Assembly: GCA_965209155.1 (NCBI GenBank) | Contig: OZ242383.1 | Location: forward strand, 1-64,000 | Origin: a bacterium | GTDB taxonomy: Bacteria > SAR324 > NAC60-12 | DNA length: 64,000 nt | Direction of reading: 5' to 3' | Part shown: piece after piece, positions 28,013 to 38,802 of the stretch | How the letters are laid out: each line of letters starts with the position of its first letter | Position numbering within the stretch: the first letter of the stretch is position 1 | Program-made: the position numbers and the translations under genes | Notes under the pieces: generated by a model | Seen by the model: the letters and a program-made list of their open reading frames with translations, nothing else | What the model was told of the DNA's origin: nothing | Databases searched by the model: none

Positions 28013-29590
28013 TCAGGCCATGACGCATTCGTGGATAGCATTCACGGTCGCCAAGGCCGCGAGGGCGGATCCTTCCTGCCAACCAGACAATGCGGAAGTG
28101 TGGTCGCCGGCGAAATAGATCGCTCCATCGGGTTTTTGGAGCGCCTCGACCGGAGCGCGACTGGGCCAGCTTCCCTTCTGGAAGGGGACTTCGGACCAGG
28201 CGCGGCTGACCCCACTTTCCAGTTCCGCCCGGTAGCCGGGGTGCACTTGGTCGCCATGGGCGATGGCAGCCTCCAAACGTTCTTGGGGAGACATGGCCGC
28301 AAAACGCAGGGAAGATTCCCGGTCAAAGCCCTCTGCGCCAAAGAGGTAGGATCCCAGTATGACGCCTTTTTTGCGATGGTAGCCGTACGAAGGATACCAG
28401 ATCTGCTCGACGCCGCTGGGAGTGGTCCAGGAAATGCCGCCATAAATCGCATGATCCTCCTCCCAGAAGCGACGCCGGGTCTGGAACGCGATTTTGAATG
28501 CGGTATCGTAGGGCGTCGAAGCGATCGCATTTTGCGTTTCCGCCGCGAAGTTATTCGGAATATCCCGCAAGACAGTGGCCGGTATGGTGCAGACGGCGAA
28601 GTCCGCCTCGAGGGATTCCATCACGCCTTCCTTGTTGCGATACGCAATGCGAACGCCGTCGGTCAGGTTGTCGATGCGGGTGACGATACTCTGGTAGCGA
28701 ATGAGACGGCCCACGCGAACTTTGAAGGCTTCGACGATGGCGTCCATCCCGCCCACTGGTTGAAAAAGCGTGGGGTTTTGGTTGACGGAATGGGTGAAGT
28801 AGGTCGTGTACCAGGAGAGGTCATAGCCGAGCACTTGTTTCAAAGTGAAGGGGGAAACCGGCGTCGCTCCCCCAAGCCCCTGGTGGACGTGCTCTCCCTG
28901 GTAACCCGCGCGCCCCGATCCGCCGTATTGGTAGTCGTCGCTCAAATTGCCAAACCCCTTGAGCAGGTCCAGCAGTCGTTCCTTATCCTCTTCCGTCAGC
29001 TCTTCGTCCAGGGCGTTGCCATGGACCGCTTTGGCCAGCAGTTCGGCAATGTACCCGCGCTGGTCGGTATGGAGTTGCCGAGCCACCACGGGTTTGCCGT
29101 CGAAGCTGTCCGGGCTTTGGAAAAATGCGGCGCGATTGTCGTTCGTAAAGACTTCCAACTCGACGCCGAATTCTTTGCAATAACCAAGAATGGTCTGGTG
29201 GTGATAAGGAATGCGAGCGGGTCCGAGATTGGCATAGAGGTGAGCCTCGTCGTCAAAATCCACCCTTTGCGTACTCTTGAATTCCGTGATCCGGTCTCCG
29301 CCGCGGACCGTCAGGCTGCGTCCCCCCGCCCGGGCGGTCGCCTCCAGAATGGTGACCCCATAGCCGGTTTTCGACAACTCGTACGCAGCGGTCAAGCCGG
29401 CAATTCCCGCTCCCAGGATGATGACGCGTTTCCCCTTGCCAGCGTCCCGGGGGGCTGGGGACGAAGCGCGGCTCGAGGTAGCCAGGCTGACCAGGCCCAG
29501 GGCGGCCATGCCCCGGTAGACCGCTGCGGCCCCGGCGCTTGCGCCGAGTGATTGAAGGAATTGCCGTTTGGTGATTTTTTCGATCGTCAT
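28013..29590 (-). CDS. Flavin monoamine oxidase / L-amino-acid oxidase family, Tat-like signal
   Basis: TKRQFL leader, ILGAGIAGL, GPARIP, IYFAGDH...WQEG. Confidence 0.9.
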   Translation of the reverse strand: MTIEKITKRQFLQSLGASAGAAAVYRGMAALGLVSLATSSRASSPAPRDAGKGKRVIILGAGIAGLTAAYELSKTGYGVTILEATARAGGRSLTVRGGDRITEFKSTQRVDFDDEAHLYANLGPARIPYHHQTILGYCKEFGVELEVFTNDNRAAFFQSPDSFDGKPVVARQLHTDQRGYIAELLAKAVHGNALDEELTEEDKERLLDLLKGFGNLSDDYQYGGSGRAGYQGEHVHQGLGGATPVSPFTLKQVLGYDLSWYTTYFTHSVNQNPTLFQPVGGMDAIVEAFKVRVGRLIRYQSIVTRIDNLTDGVRIAYRNKEGVMESLEADFAVCTIPATVLRDIPNNFAAETQNAIASTPYDTAFKIAFQTRRRFWEEDHAIYGGISWTTPSGVEQIWYPSYGYHRKKGVILGSYLFGAEGFDRESSLRFAAMSPQERLEAAIAHGDQVHPGYRAELESGVSRAWSEVPFQKGSWPSRAPVEALQKPDGAIYFAGDHTSALSGWQEGSALAALATVNAIHECVMA

Positions 29591-29842
29591 GGATTGTCCT
29601 CTTGGATTTGACGTCTCACTGTTTTAAAAATTCGGGAAAGTGATTTGAATTTCCCTTACCATCAAAATTCAACTTGAATATAGACTGATCTCAGGTCGAT
29701 ATCCAGAGAAATAACAATTTCTTCTTTGGACGGTGACAAAAGGCACCTGCTTCGTGAATCAAAGAATATTCACGGCGCTTCTCCACTCACGCTGGTAGAA
29801 AAACAGGAGTTGTGGTAAAAGAATAAGGAGAAGGAGACCTCA

Positions 29843-30094
29843 ATGCTGGAATTTGAATGGGATGAAAACAAAAACCAAGCTAATATGAAAAAACACAATG
29901 GTATTTCAAGAGGCCAGCAAAGTTTTTGATGACATATGGGGAATTGACCTGGATGACACTCAAAAAGGGGAATTCAGACTGAATCGAATCGGTTTTTGCA
30001 GATTTGAAGCTAATTGTAGGTGAGCTACTGTGGAATAGAGACAAAATAAGAATCATATCCGCCAGAAAAACTGAACCCCATGAGGAGCGGTTGA
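29843..30094 (+). pseudogene. BrnT-family toxin, frameshifted
   Basis: MLEFEWDENKNQANMKKH after an AAGGAG RBS; KIRIISARK appears in another frame. Confidence 0.7.
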
Positions 30095-30346
30095 ATGCCG
30101 AAACAAACCACTGATGAAGTTCGGTTAACAAGAGACAGAAACCGGATCACGGTTGATGTGAAGCTTATCCGGATGAGATTGGAACTTTCTCGAGAAGAGT
30201 TTTCGGAATTTTATAAAATTCCTCTTCATTTAATCGAGAGTTGGGAAAGTGGAACAACCAAACCGGATGGAGCGAATCAAACCTACTTGAGACTGATTGT
30301 AAAAGCACCGGAATTGATAAAATCCACTTTGAAACAGGTAGCTTAA
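30095..30346 (+). CDS. HTH antitoxin (HigA-like)
   Basis: VDVKLIRMRLELSREEFS...IESWESGTTKPDG. Confidence 0.75.
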   Translation: MPKQTTDEVRLTRDRNRITVDVKLIRMRLELSREEFSEFYKIPLHLIESWESGTTKPDGANQTYLRLIVKAPELIKSTLKQVA

Positions 30347-30740
30347 TCTATTTGAGCAGTAAGGGAAAAAAGAAATTAAAATCAAATATTGAGGTATTGC
30401 GATGGAATCAGCCCACTTCGTACTCTGCATAAAAAATGACGATTATCCCGCTTCTATAGAACGATGGAAGGTCTATCGCTCCCTCCATGACAAAAGGGCG
30501 GAAAGCGTCAACCGTATAGCGTACCGTCTTTACCGATGCTCTGAAAGGAAGACTGATCAATGTTCCGCACCAGATATGTTTAAATTGTGGAGAGTTTTTC
30601 TATGGTCCAGGTATTGTAGATAAAATCAATCACTTCCTGAAGGGCAAAACAAGGCCTGTTGCTCATCAATGACCTTTGAAGCTGGTTGTTCCGCATAAAA
30701 TGCAAGGGGCTGTCATATCACTAATTCTCGCAAATAGAAT

Positions 30741-30769
30741 TTGACCATATTGACTGACTCGGGTACAAT
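30741..30769 (+). promoter_or_regulatory. sigma70 promoter of the phd-vapC pair
   Basis: TTGACC, 17 nt, TACAAT. Confidence 0.65.
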
Positions 30770-30808
30770 AGACCAACAAAAAATCAAGAGGGAGAAAGGA
30801 AGCGTATT

Positions 30809-31054
30809 ATGATTGTGAATATCTCGGAAGCCAAAGCCAATCTGTCGAAATTGGTCAACCTGGTCTACCAGGGGGAAAAGGTGGTCATTGCCAAAAATAA
30901 TTCACCACTGGTGGACCTGGTCATCCATAAACCTGAAGGGAAGCGAAAGCTTGGACTGTTGAAGGGGAAGTTTAGCGTGCCAGAAGACATCATGGCTGAA
31001 GATTCATCAATCAATGAGATGTTTTACAGCAACTATGAAATCCCCTCTAAATGA
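30809..31054 (+). CDS. Phd/YefM-family antitoxin
   Basis: VNISEAKANLSKLV...GEKVVIAK. Confidence 0.9.
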   Translation: MIVNISEAKANLSKLVNLVYQGEKVVIAKNNSPLVDLVIHKPEGKRKLGLLKGKFSVPEDIMAEDSSINEMFYSNYEIPSK

Positions 31055-31422
31055 AAATCATCATTGATACCCATATTTTTCTCTGGGCTCTCTCCGATCC
31101 TGCCCGAATTTCAAAATCCAAACGCAGCGCCTTAGAATCCCTGTCCAATATCATCTATGTCAGTTCCATTTCTGTGGCTGAGATCATGATAAAAGCGTCT
31201 TTTGGCAAACTGGAGATCGATTTTGATCCGGTGGAATTGGCTCAACAAAGTGGTTTTGAGTTGCTGAATTTTACCGGAAGTGATGCGCTACGCTTATTTG
31301 ATTTGCCCTTTCATCATAAAGATCCCTTTGATCGGATGCTGATTGCTCAGAGTCTGACCAATCGCTACCCCATTATGACCGATGATCATCAAATCAGAGC
31401 CTATGAATGCCAGGTGATTTAG
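31051..31422 (+). CDS. vapC: VapC-family PIN toxin
   Basis: IIDTHIFLW, HHKDPFDRMLIAQ; overlaps the antitoxin gene. Confidence 0.9.
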   Translation: MKIIIDTHIFLWALSDPARISKSKRSALESLSNIIYVSSISVAEIMIKASFGKLEIDFDPVELAQQSGFELLNFTGSDALRLFDLPFHHKDPFDRMLIAQSLTNRYPIMTDDHQIRAYECQVI

Positions 31423-31508
31423 CTCAGAAAAAACCTCCCACCCGCATAGCGGATGGGAGGTAGTTCATGCGAAGGGGGACGGCGTTCGCCAGGACTTCAT
31501 CGCGGGCA

Positions 31509-33263
31509 TCACATCTTGTCGACCCACATGTAGATGAAGATATTGACCCGGTTCATGGCGCCGAGTTCGCCTTCCCCGTTATAGCCCTTGATCCAAGGCT
31601 GGGTGGCACCGAAGAGGGGAGAGATGGGTCCCCTGACCGACCACAGCTGCTCGGTGACGCGCATGTCGGCCATCCGCATCCACTTTTTCTGCTCCTCTGC
31701 CGTGGTGGCGTTCAGCGCATTCTCGTAATACTCGTCAAACATGGCGTCGTTGATATTCACGGGGCGCCATCCGTTTTGCAACCAGTACATCGCGATCGTG
31801 GCCGTGGCACTTTGATACTCGGCGGCCCATACATCCGAGCGCATCCTGAGAAATTCATGCTTCAGGGCCTTCTGGATCATGTCATTACGGGTGATGGCCT
31901 GGATCTCGACGTCAATGCCTATCTGCCGGAGGTAATCCATGGCGATCTGGTAGTAGCCCAGGTCGAAGAACTCGTAGTGCTCATAGATGGTCTTGAAGCG
32001 TACGCCGTCTTCACCGCGCGGATAGCCGGCCTCGTCCAGCAACTTCTCGGCTGCTTCGGGGTCAAAGCGATAGTACTGCTTGACTTCCTCGGGCCACTCC
32101 TCGTACGGCATGAAATACACGAGCACCGCTTTGCCAACCCCGCCGACAGGGCTCGCATCGCCCCACCCCTGCATGTAGTTCTCGGCAATGGCCTCGAAGT
32201 CGATGGCCATGTTGATGGCCTGGCGCACGCGGATGTCGTTGAATGGCGGTTTCTGGTTGTTCCAATTGATAGCGGTTTCCGAACGGTAGGCAAAGGGGTG
32301 GAGCACCAGGTCGGGATTGGTCTTCTGTAGGTTGACCGCCGCATCGACACTGGTCAGATGCGAGTTGAGCCCGAACCCGATAAAATCCGCCTGCCCCGAG
32401 CGCATGAGGGAGGTTATAGCCGCCGGATCGTTGACGATGATGTACTCGACTTTGTCCGCGTAAGGCAAACGGTTTTCGGGAAATTTCGGGTCAAAGCCCC
32501 TGTAATCATCGATCTTTTCTTAGGTCCAGGTGCTGCCCTCCACCACGTCGGTGAGCTGGTAGGGGCCCGTTCCGGTGACGTTGCGCCAATCTTGAATGTC
32601 CCCGAATTGCTCGACCACCTCGCGGGCGACCGCGAACCCATGCAGTCCGATGAGCATGGTCCTCAGGGCGTCGAGATAGGGCTTATTATACTTGAATACG
32701 ACCGTATGATCATCGGTAGCAGTGACCGAATCGAGTGGGAGCAGGCCGATGTCAGACTGCACGACATCCTTGCCCGGCTCGCCGCCGCCGAAGTCAAGGA
32801 GACGCTGCCAGCTGTAGGCGACATCGTGCGCGGTCAGGGGTCGACCGTTGACTGGGGCCTTATCGTGCCATTTGATTCCCTGGCGGATCTTGAACACGAA
32901 GGTCAAAGGATCCGGGGTCTCCCAGCTCTCCGCCAGTTGCCCGGCGATGACCTCGACGGGCAGGTATAGCGTGTTATAGCTGAACACGTCCCGGTCGATC
33001 GCCCAGTCTCCAATACCCAGTTTCTCGTTGACCAGCCCGATCCAGGCTCCCGCCGTGTACCGGACATAGGGGTCGATTCCCTCGACTTTGAAATTGACGA
33101 TCGGTCGAATCGTACCGCCATACTTGGGGTCAGTTATCATCTCCCCGGTGGATGGATCTTTCACCATGTGGGAGTCGGCCATTGCCGAACCGACTCCGAA
33201 GGTGAGCACCACCAGGATCAGAGTTGAAAGGATTGAATTGAAATTCGCGTTGTCTTTATACAC
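31509..33263 (-). pseudogene. Family 5 ABC substrate-binding protein with an in-frame stop
   Basis: ORFs 32520..33263 and 31509..32468 share a frame; TAA where the paralog at 18795 has Tyr. Confidence 0.85.
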
Positions 33264-33749
33264 TTACATCTTGTTCCTTTCTCTCCATTTCGGAGTATGG
33301 ATGATTGAATTGTCCTCGCCGACCCGGCGAAGACATGGATTGAGAGCCCGGATTTGAACTCTTCCGCGGAAGAAGACATAACATGGAAGGCGTGTCAAGA
33401 AAAATTTGTGGTGAATTTTCTTCGCCCCGAATGCGATTGTTTGTTCGTAGTTGTAATGTATTGACAAATTAAATACAAAACGTATTATAGAAAAATATTG
33501 AGGAAGAAAGTAGAAACTCAAGAATCGTAAGTATTTTTGTCATCCCGGACTTGATCCGGGATCCAGGGTTGTTTACGAATCCCTGGATTCCGGGTCTGTG
33601 CCCGGAATGACACACTCTTGGATTCCTGCTCCCTGCTTTCGTAGGGACAAGCTTCGCAGGAATGACACAGTGTTCAAGATAGACTTAGTATTTTCAGTGA
33701 CTTATGAGAACTTGCGACTGTTCACGTGCAAAAATAAGAAAATTGTAAG

Positions 33750-34052
33750 GTGATTCACCACACTCATTGGTTTCAATTTGAGTGGGATGAAATCAAGTCA
33801 GCAATCAATATGTGGAAGCATGGAATGGCCTTTGAAGCAGGTTGTTCCGCCTTTAACGACCCTTTCAGACTGGAAGCTGAACCGGATTTCATGGAGGATG
33901 AGGCGCGTGAGGCGATCATTGCTTCAAATGATGCGAACGTCATCGCTCATGTCGCCTATACCCGTGAAGTTCATGATAAAAATAGCCATTTCCGGATCAT
34001 TAGCGTACGTCGAGCGGAGGGTCGAGAAAAAAAAGAATACCACCGACAATAA
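33750..34052 (+). CDS. BrnT-family toxin
   Basis: FEWDEIKSAINMWKHGMAFE...FRIISVRRA. Confidence 0.8.
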   Translation: MIHHTHWFQFEWDEIKSAINMWKHGMAFEAGCSAFNDPFRLEAEPDFMEDEAREAIIASNDANVIAHVAYTREVHDKNSHFRIISVRRAEGREKKEYHRQ

Positions 34053-34065
34053 GAAAGAGGGACAG

Positions 34066-34329
34066 ATGACGAGTCAAAATGTACGTAATAAAAAACGACC
34101 GATGAAAGCGGTCACGCTGAGAATTCCCGAAGATGTGATAGAAGATCTTAAATTTATGGCGGACCGACTTGATTTTGCCGGATATCAAGCATTAATGCGG
34201 GCTTATATCAGTCAAGGATTGCGAAAAGATCTTGAAAAAATTCCTCCCCAAGACTATACCCCTCGATTTATCCGCAATTTGTTGAAACTCGGTGTCAAAC
34301 CGGAGACGATTGAAAATGCGCAAGTCTAG
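34066..34329 (+). CDS. BrnA/CopG-like antitoxin
   Basis: KAVTLRIPEDVIEDLK...YQALMRAYI; directly after brnT. Confidence 0.75.
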   Translation: MTSQNVRNKKRPMKAVTLRIPEDVIEDLKFMADRLDFAGYQALMRAYISQGLRKDLEKIPPQDYTPRFIRNLLKLGVKPETIENAQV

Positions 34330-34407
34330 TCAACCATGGATACCGGGTCTTCGCGCGGAATGACAAATCGTTTGTTCCATGAAAAGCCGTTTTCAGCAGA
34401 ACGGTCC

Positions 34408-34560
34408 CTGGATACCGGGTCTGAGCCAGGAATGACACCTTGCTGGATTCAGGGTCTGAGCCAGGAATGACACCTTGCTGGATTCAGGGTCTGAGCCAGG
34501 AATGACACCTTGCTGGAACCGGGTCTGAGCCAGGAATGACACCTTGCTGGATACCGGGTT
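34408..34560. repeat. Tandem ~35-nt REP-like units (CTGGATTCAGGGTCTGAGCCAGGAATGACACCTTG) x4+
   Basis: Read directly; lies between convergent genes. Confidence 0.9.
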
Positions 34561-34639
34561 TTCGTCCGGAAAGACAATGCTGCGACAGGGTGAGATTGCG
34601 GGGGTCATGACAGGCAGGGTGCCGGAAAACGGAGAAAAG

Positions 34640-36664
34640 CTACGATTCGAGTACTCGCACGTTGACTCTCGCTTCGTGAAAAGTGCCTCCTCCTCCCAGG
34701 TCGGTTGTTTTCTGGGACGTCAACTCATTGACGCTGCTCATGCCCGAGGCTTCACTTTCCCAATAGATCCCTTCGAGGACCAGCAAACCGGGTTGAGTCT
34801 TTTCGGAAACAATCGCCTTCCGGATATTACGCCCCCGTTCATTGAAGACTTCGACCAGGACCCCGTCTTCGATATAGCGGGAACGGGCGTCCCGGGGGTG
34901 GATCAGCAGGCTGCCGGTTTCATTTGGATAGCGCTCGCCGAAGGTGGAATTCAACAAGTCGACCAGGGGAGGGGTGATCATTTGAAAAGGGAAGAGCCTG
35001 GAGAGACGGGGATCGTCGAACTCTTCCCGGGGCAGGAGAGTGGGAATGCGGGGAGTCCCCGGTTCCGTGGAATTGGCGGCAAATCGAAAGCGTTGGCCTC
35101 CGGATTTTGCGAAATTTCCACCGGCCTCTGTCATTTGGGAAGGAAGCGCTTCGCCGGGAACGAGTCCTTGTTTTTTCACTTCCCGGGAGACGCCTTGCAG
35201 GCTGTTGACGATCATTTCGATGCGTTCCTCGACTCCGTGTTGGAAGAGCGTCTCGTCGTATCCCATTTTGCGGGCGAGGGTTTGAAAGAGTTCAAAATTG
35301 CCGAGGGCTTCTCCTTTTACCGGAAGGACCGGCGCCACGCGCTGCAAGTAGAAATGGCCGTAGCCGGTGTAGAGATCGGAATTTTCAAAGGAGGTGGTGG
35401 CCGGCAGGAGCAGGTCCGCATAACGCGCCGTGGGGGTGAGAAACTGCTCGTGGACGATGGTGAAGAGATCCTCGCGCGCCATCCCCGCTCGTACGCGGCT
35501 GGCGTCGGGAGCGACGCTGAGGGGGTTGCTGTTGTAGACGAACAGTCCTTTGACGGGAGGCGTCAAGCGGGTGAGGGCGTCTCCCAACTGCACCATATTC
35601 ACTTTGCGAGTGGGCGATTCACTCAAGGCGCGGAAATTCAAATAATCGGACGGTAGGGAAAAAGCATTGCTCGAAAGCAAGGCGCCCCGGCCACTCCCGC
35701 CATCGAACAATCCCAAGGCCGCGGAAAGACAGGCAATAGCCCGGACCGCCATGGCCCCTTGCGTGTTGCGAGTCAATCCGATGCCGATGCGGATGAAGGA
35801 TTTCGGTGTGTTTGCCAGCATCTCCGCGAGTTCTCTGATGCGAGAAGAATCGAGTCCCGAGTCATTTGCCAGTTTTTCAAGTGGCAGATCTCGCGCATAA
35901 GAGGAGAGTTCGTCGAATCCTTCCGTATAACGGGCGATGAAGTCGTGGTCGACCGCATCTTTTTCGAGCAAGAGCTTGAGCAAGCCCAGGGCCAGCGCCA
36001 CGTCTCCACCCGGTTTGACGGGGTAGTGGAGGTCCGCGTTTTGCGCCGTTGCGTTCAGGTAGGGATCAATGACCACGAACCGCGCGCCTCGACGCCGGGC
36101 CTTGACCACGAAGGGCATGAAGTGGATATTGGTCACTTTCACGTTGATGCCCCAGGCCAAGATGAGATCGGCATCCAATGCTTTTTCGGGAGGACTGGCG
36201 GGTCCGGAACCGTAATGCAGTTCCCATCCCGCATCGGCGGCAGCGCAACAAATGGTTTTCAGCAAGCGGGAAGCGCCATATTTATAGAAAAAGGGATCCC
36301 CTGCAAAACGGTTGAGCTTTCCCATATTGCCCGCGTAGGTATAAGGCAATAAGGCTTCCCCTCCATGTTCCTTTTTGATGCGGGTCAGTTCTTCCACCAG
36401 TCTTTGCCAGGCTTCTTCCCAGGAAATCCTGGTGAAATTCCCTTCTCCTTTCTTGCCGGTACGCAGTTGAGGATAGAGCACCCTTTGCGGAGATTGTACG
36501 CGATGGTGGTAGGTGCGGACTTTTTTGCAGAGAAATCCTTGCGTAAAAGGGTGGTCAGGGTCGCCATCCAAGCGGGTGATGACCCCATCCCGCACGGTGG
36601 CAACCATCCCGCAGGCGTCCGGACAATCGAGAGGACACACCGTTTTTCGTTTTTCCACAGCCAT
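34640..36664 (-). CDS. Molybdopterin-dependent oxidoreductase
   Basis: CPLDCPDAC...GFLC Fe-S motif; ADLLLPATTSFE; C-terminal molybdopterin dinucleotide-binding domain. Confidence 0.92.
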   Translation of the reverse strand: MAVEKRKTVCPLDCPDACGMVATVRDGVITRLDGDPDHPFTQGFLCKKVRTYHHRVQSPQRVLYPQLRTGKKGEGNFTRISWEEAWQRLVEELTRIKKEHGGEALLPYTYAGNMGKLNRFAGDPFFYKYGASRLLKTICCAAADAGWELHYGSGPASPPEKALDADLILAWGINVKVTNIHFMPFVVKARRRGARFVVIDPYLNATAQNADLHYPVKPGGDVALALGLLKLLLEKDAVDHDFIARYTEGFDELSSYARDLPLEKLANDSGLDSSRIRELAEMLANTPKSFIRIGIGLTRNTQGAMAVRAIACLSAALGLFDGGSGRGALLSSNAFSLPSDYLNFRALSESPTRKVNMVQLGDALTRLTPPVKGLFVYNSNPLSVAPDASRVRAGMAREDLFTIVHEQFLTPTARYADLLLPATTSFENSDLYTGYGHFYLQRVAPVLPVKGEALGNFELFQTLARKMGYDETLFQHGVEERIEMIVNSLQGVSREVKKQGLVPGEALPSQMTEAGGNFAKSGGQRFRFAANSTEPGTPRIPTLLPREEFDDPRLSRLFPFQMITPPLVDLLNSTFGERYPNETGSLLIHPRDARSRYIEDGVLVEVFNERGRNIRKAIVSEKTQPGLLVLEGIYWESEASGMSSVNELTSQKTTDLGGGGTFHEARVNVRVLES

Positions 36665-36851
36665 GGATCAATCTACGTTTGAGAGGGAAGGCAACGCGCG
36701 TGAGCCCAATCGAAAAACTATTCTACGCATTTTCTCCTGAAAAGCAAGAAAAGACGGATGCTTTATAATATGGTTTGCGCCTGGCAGCCGAATTTGCTAT
36801 CCTTTTTCATTCCCAACACCGGAACCGCGTTTGAAGATCGAGGAGAACAGC

Positions 36852-38801
36852 ATGAGCCAATTATTGTGGCAACCTTCCGCGCAACAAATCGCCAGGAGCG
36901 AGATGAGCCGTTTGACGGAACGTATCCGGCAGCTTCACTCGCTCGACGACAACCAATACGCCACACTCCACCAATGGTCCGTCGACCACCCGGAGCTTTT
37001 TTGGGAACAGGTCTGGCAGGATTGCGAGATCGTGGCTTCCCGCTCTCACGGACGGGTGATGGGGGAGGCGAAAATGCCCGGTACGGTCTGGTTTGAAGGA
37101 GCTCGATTGAATTTTGCGGAAAATTTACTGCGTTTCCGTGATGAAAGGCGAGAGGCCCTTTGTTTTTTTGATGAGCGCGGCCGGCGCGCTTCCCTGACTT
37201 ACCCGCAACTTGCGGAAAAAGTATTCCAATGCGCAAGCGGACTGCGAGCCCATGGCGTGGGAGTGGGGGACCGGGTGGCGGCCTTCCTGCCAAATTGTCC
37301 GGAAACCGTGATTGCCGTGCTGGCCACCAGCAGCATCGGCGCGATCTGGTCTTCCTGCTCCCCGGATTTTGGCATCAATGGAGTCCATGACCGCCTGGGA
37401 CAAATCACGCCCAAGGTCCTGTTCACAACTAATGGCTACCACTACAATGGAAAAACCATCGATTGCCTGCAGAAAACCAGGGGGATCCTGCAAAAAATCG
37501 AATCGATTGAAAGGGCAGTGATCGTTTCCTTTCTCGACGAGCCCTACGAAGCCTTTCCCAAAAGCCAGCGATGGGAGGAATTGCTCGAGATGGCGGAGCC
37601 GGAAGAACGGTTCGAGCAACTGCCTTTCGATCATCCTCTTTATATCGTCTATTCGTCGGGCACCACCGGAGTGCCCAAGTCGATCGTCCATGGCGCGGGC
37701 GGCACCTTGCTCAAGCACCTCTGCGAGCATCGCTACCACTGCGACTTGAAAAAAGAGGACCGCCTGTTTTATTTCTCCACTTGTGGTTGGATGATGTGGA
37801 ACTGGTTGATCAGTGGATTGGCGAGTGGGGCGACCATCGTTTTGTATGAAGGTTCGCCGACTTACCCCGACGTGGGTCACTTGTGGCGACACGTCGACGA
37901 CTTGCGTATCACGCATTTCGGCACGAGCCCCAAGTTCCTCACAGTCGCGCAAAAATCGCAATATCGTCCCAAAGCGCAGCACAGCCTGCAATCCCTGGAA
38001 ATGCTGATGTCCACCGGGGCACCGCTCTCCGAAGAATTGTTCCGGTGGGTGTACGAGCACGTCAAATCCGACCTGCAATTGGCCTCCATTGCGGGAGGAA
38101 CCGACCTGATTGGCTGTTTCGTGTTGGGAAATCCGAACTTGCCGGTCCACGAGGGGGAAATCCAATGCAAAGCCCTGGGAATGGACGTGCATGCCTTCAA
38201 CGAAGGAGGAGCATCGATGCGGGGGGAAAAAGGGGAACTGGTCTGCGCGAAACCATTTCCTTCGATGCCGGTCTGTTTTTGGAACGATCCCGATGGCGAA
38301 AAATACCACGAGGCTTATTTCGCCTCTTTCCCGGGGGTCTGGACCCATGGGGATTTCATCGAAATCACGGAGCGGGGGGGAGCCGTCATTCATGGCCGGA
38401 GTGATTCCACCCTCAATCCCGCGGGGGTACGCATCGGTACGGCGGAAATCTACCGGCAGGTCGAAGCGATGCCCGAGGTGCTGGACAGCATCGTGGTCGG
38501 GCAGAAATGGGAAAACGACGTGCGGATCGTACTGTTCGTGGTGCTCCGTTCCGACCTCGGCCTCGATGATGAATTGCGGGAGAAAATCAAAACCACCATC
38601 CGGGTGGGGACCACCTTCCGGCACGTGCCAGCCTTGATCCACCAAGTAGCGGATATTCCCCGCACCATCAGTGGGAAGAAGGTTGAAAAAGCAGTGCGCC
38701 AGGTACTGGAGGGAGAAGCGATCCTGAACAAGTCCGCCCTGGAAAACCCGGACTGCCTGGATGCTTTCCAGGCATTCAAGGATTCCTCCTTTCCTGGTTG
38801 A
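36852..38801 (+). CDS. Acetoacetate--CoA ligase
   Basis: WFEGARLNFAENLL, YSSGTTGVPK, TCGWMMWNW, GVRIGTAEIY. Confidence 0.93.
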   Translation: MSQLLWQPSAQQIARSEMSRLTERIRQLHSLDDNQYATLHQWSVDHPELFWEQVWQDCEIVASRSHGRVMGEAKMPGTVWFEGARLNFAENLLRFRDERREALCFFDERGRRASLTYPQLAEKVFQCASGLRAHGVGVGDRVAAFLPNCPETVIAVLATSSIGAIWSSCSPDFGINGVHDRLGQITPKVLFTTNGYHYNGKTIDCLQKTRGILQKIESIERAVIVSFLDEPYEAFPKSQRWEELLEMAEPEERFEQLPFDHPLYIVYSSGTTGVPKSIVHGAGGTLLKHLCEHRYHCDLKKEDRLFYFSTCGWMMWNWLISGLASGATIVLYEGSPTYPDVGHLWRHVDDLRITHFGTSPKFLTVAQKSQYRPKAQHSLQSLEMLMSTGAPLSEELFRWVYEHVKSDLQLASIAGGTDLIGCFVLGNPNLPVHEGEIQCKALGMDVHAFNEGGASMRGEKGELVCAKPFPSMPVCFWNDPDGEKYHEAYFASFPGVWTHGDFIEITERGGAVIHGRSDSTLNPAGVRIGTAEIYRQVEAMPEVLDSIVVGQKWENDVRIVLFVVLRSDLGLDDELREKIKTTIRVGTTFRHVPALIHQVADIPRTISGKKVEKAVRQVLEGEAILNKSALENPDCLDAFQAFKDSSFPG

Positions 38802-38802
38802 C

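Noticed and set aside
27986..29551. 521-aa plus-strand ORF
   Set aside because: Antisense shadow of the flavin amine oxidase gene.
32500..32530. Programmed stop-codon readthrough (Sec/Pyl) in the second SBP
   Set aside because: The stop is TAA at a Tyr position; a nonsense mutation or base error is more likely.
34408..34560. CRISPR array
   Set aside because: The 35-nt units are contiguous with no unique spacers, belong to the REP-like family, and no cas genes are present.
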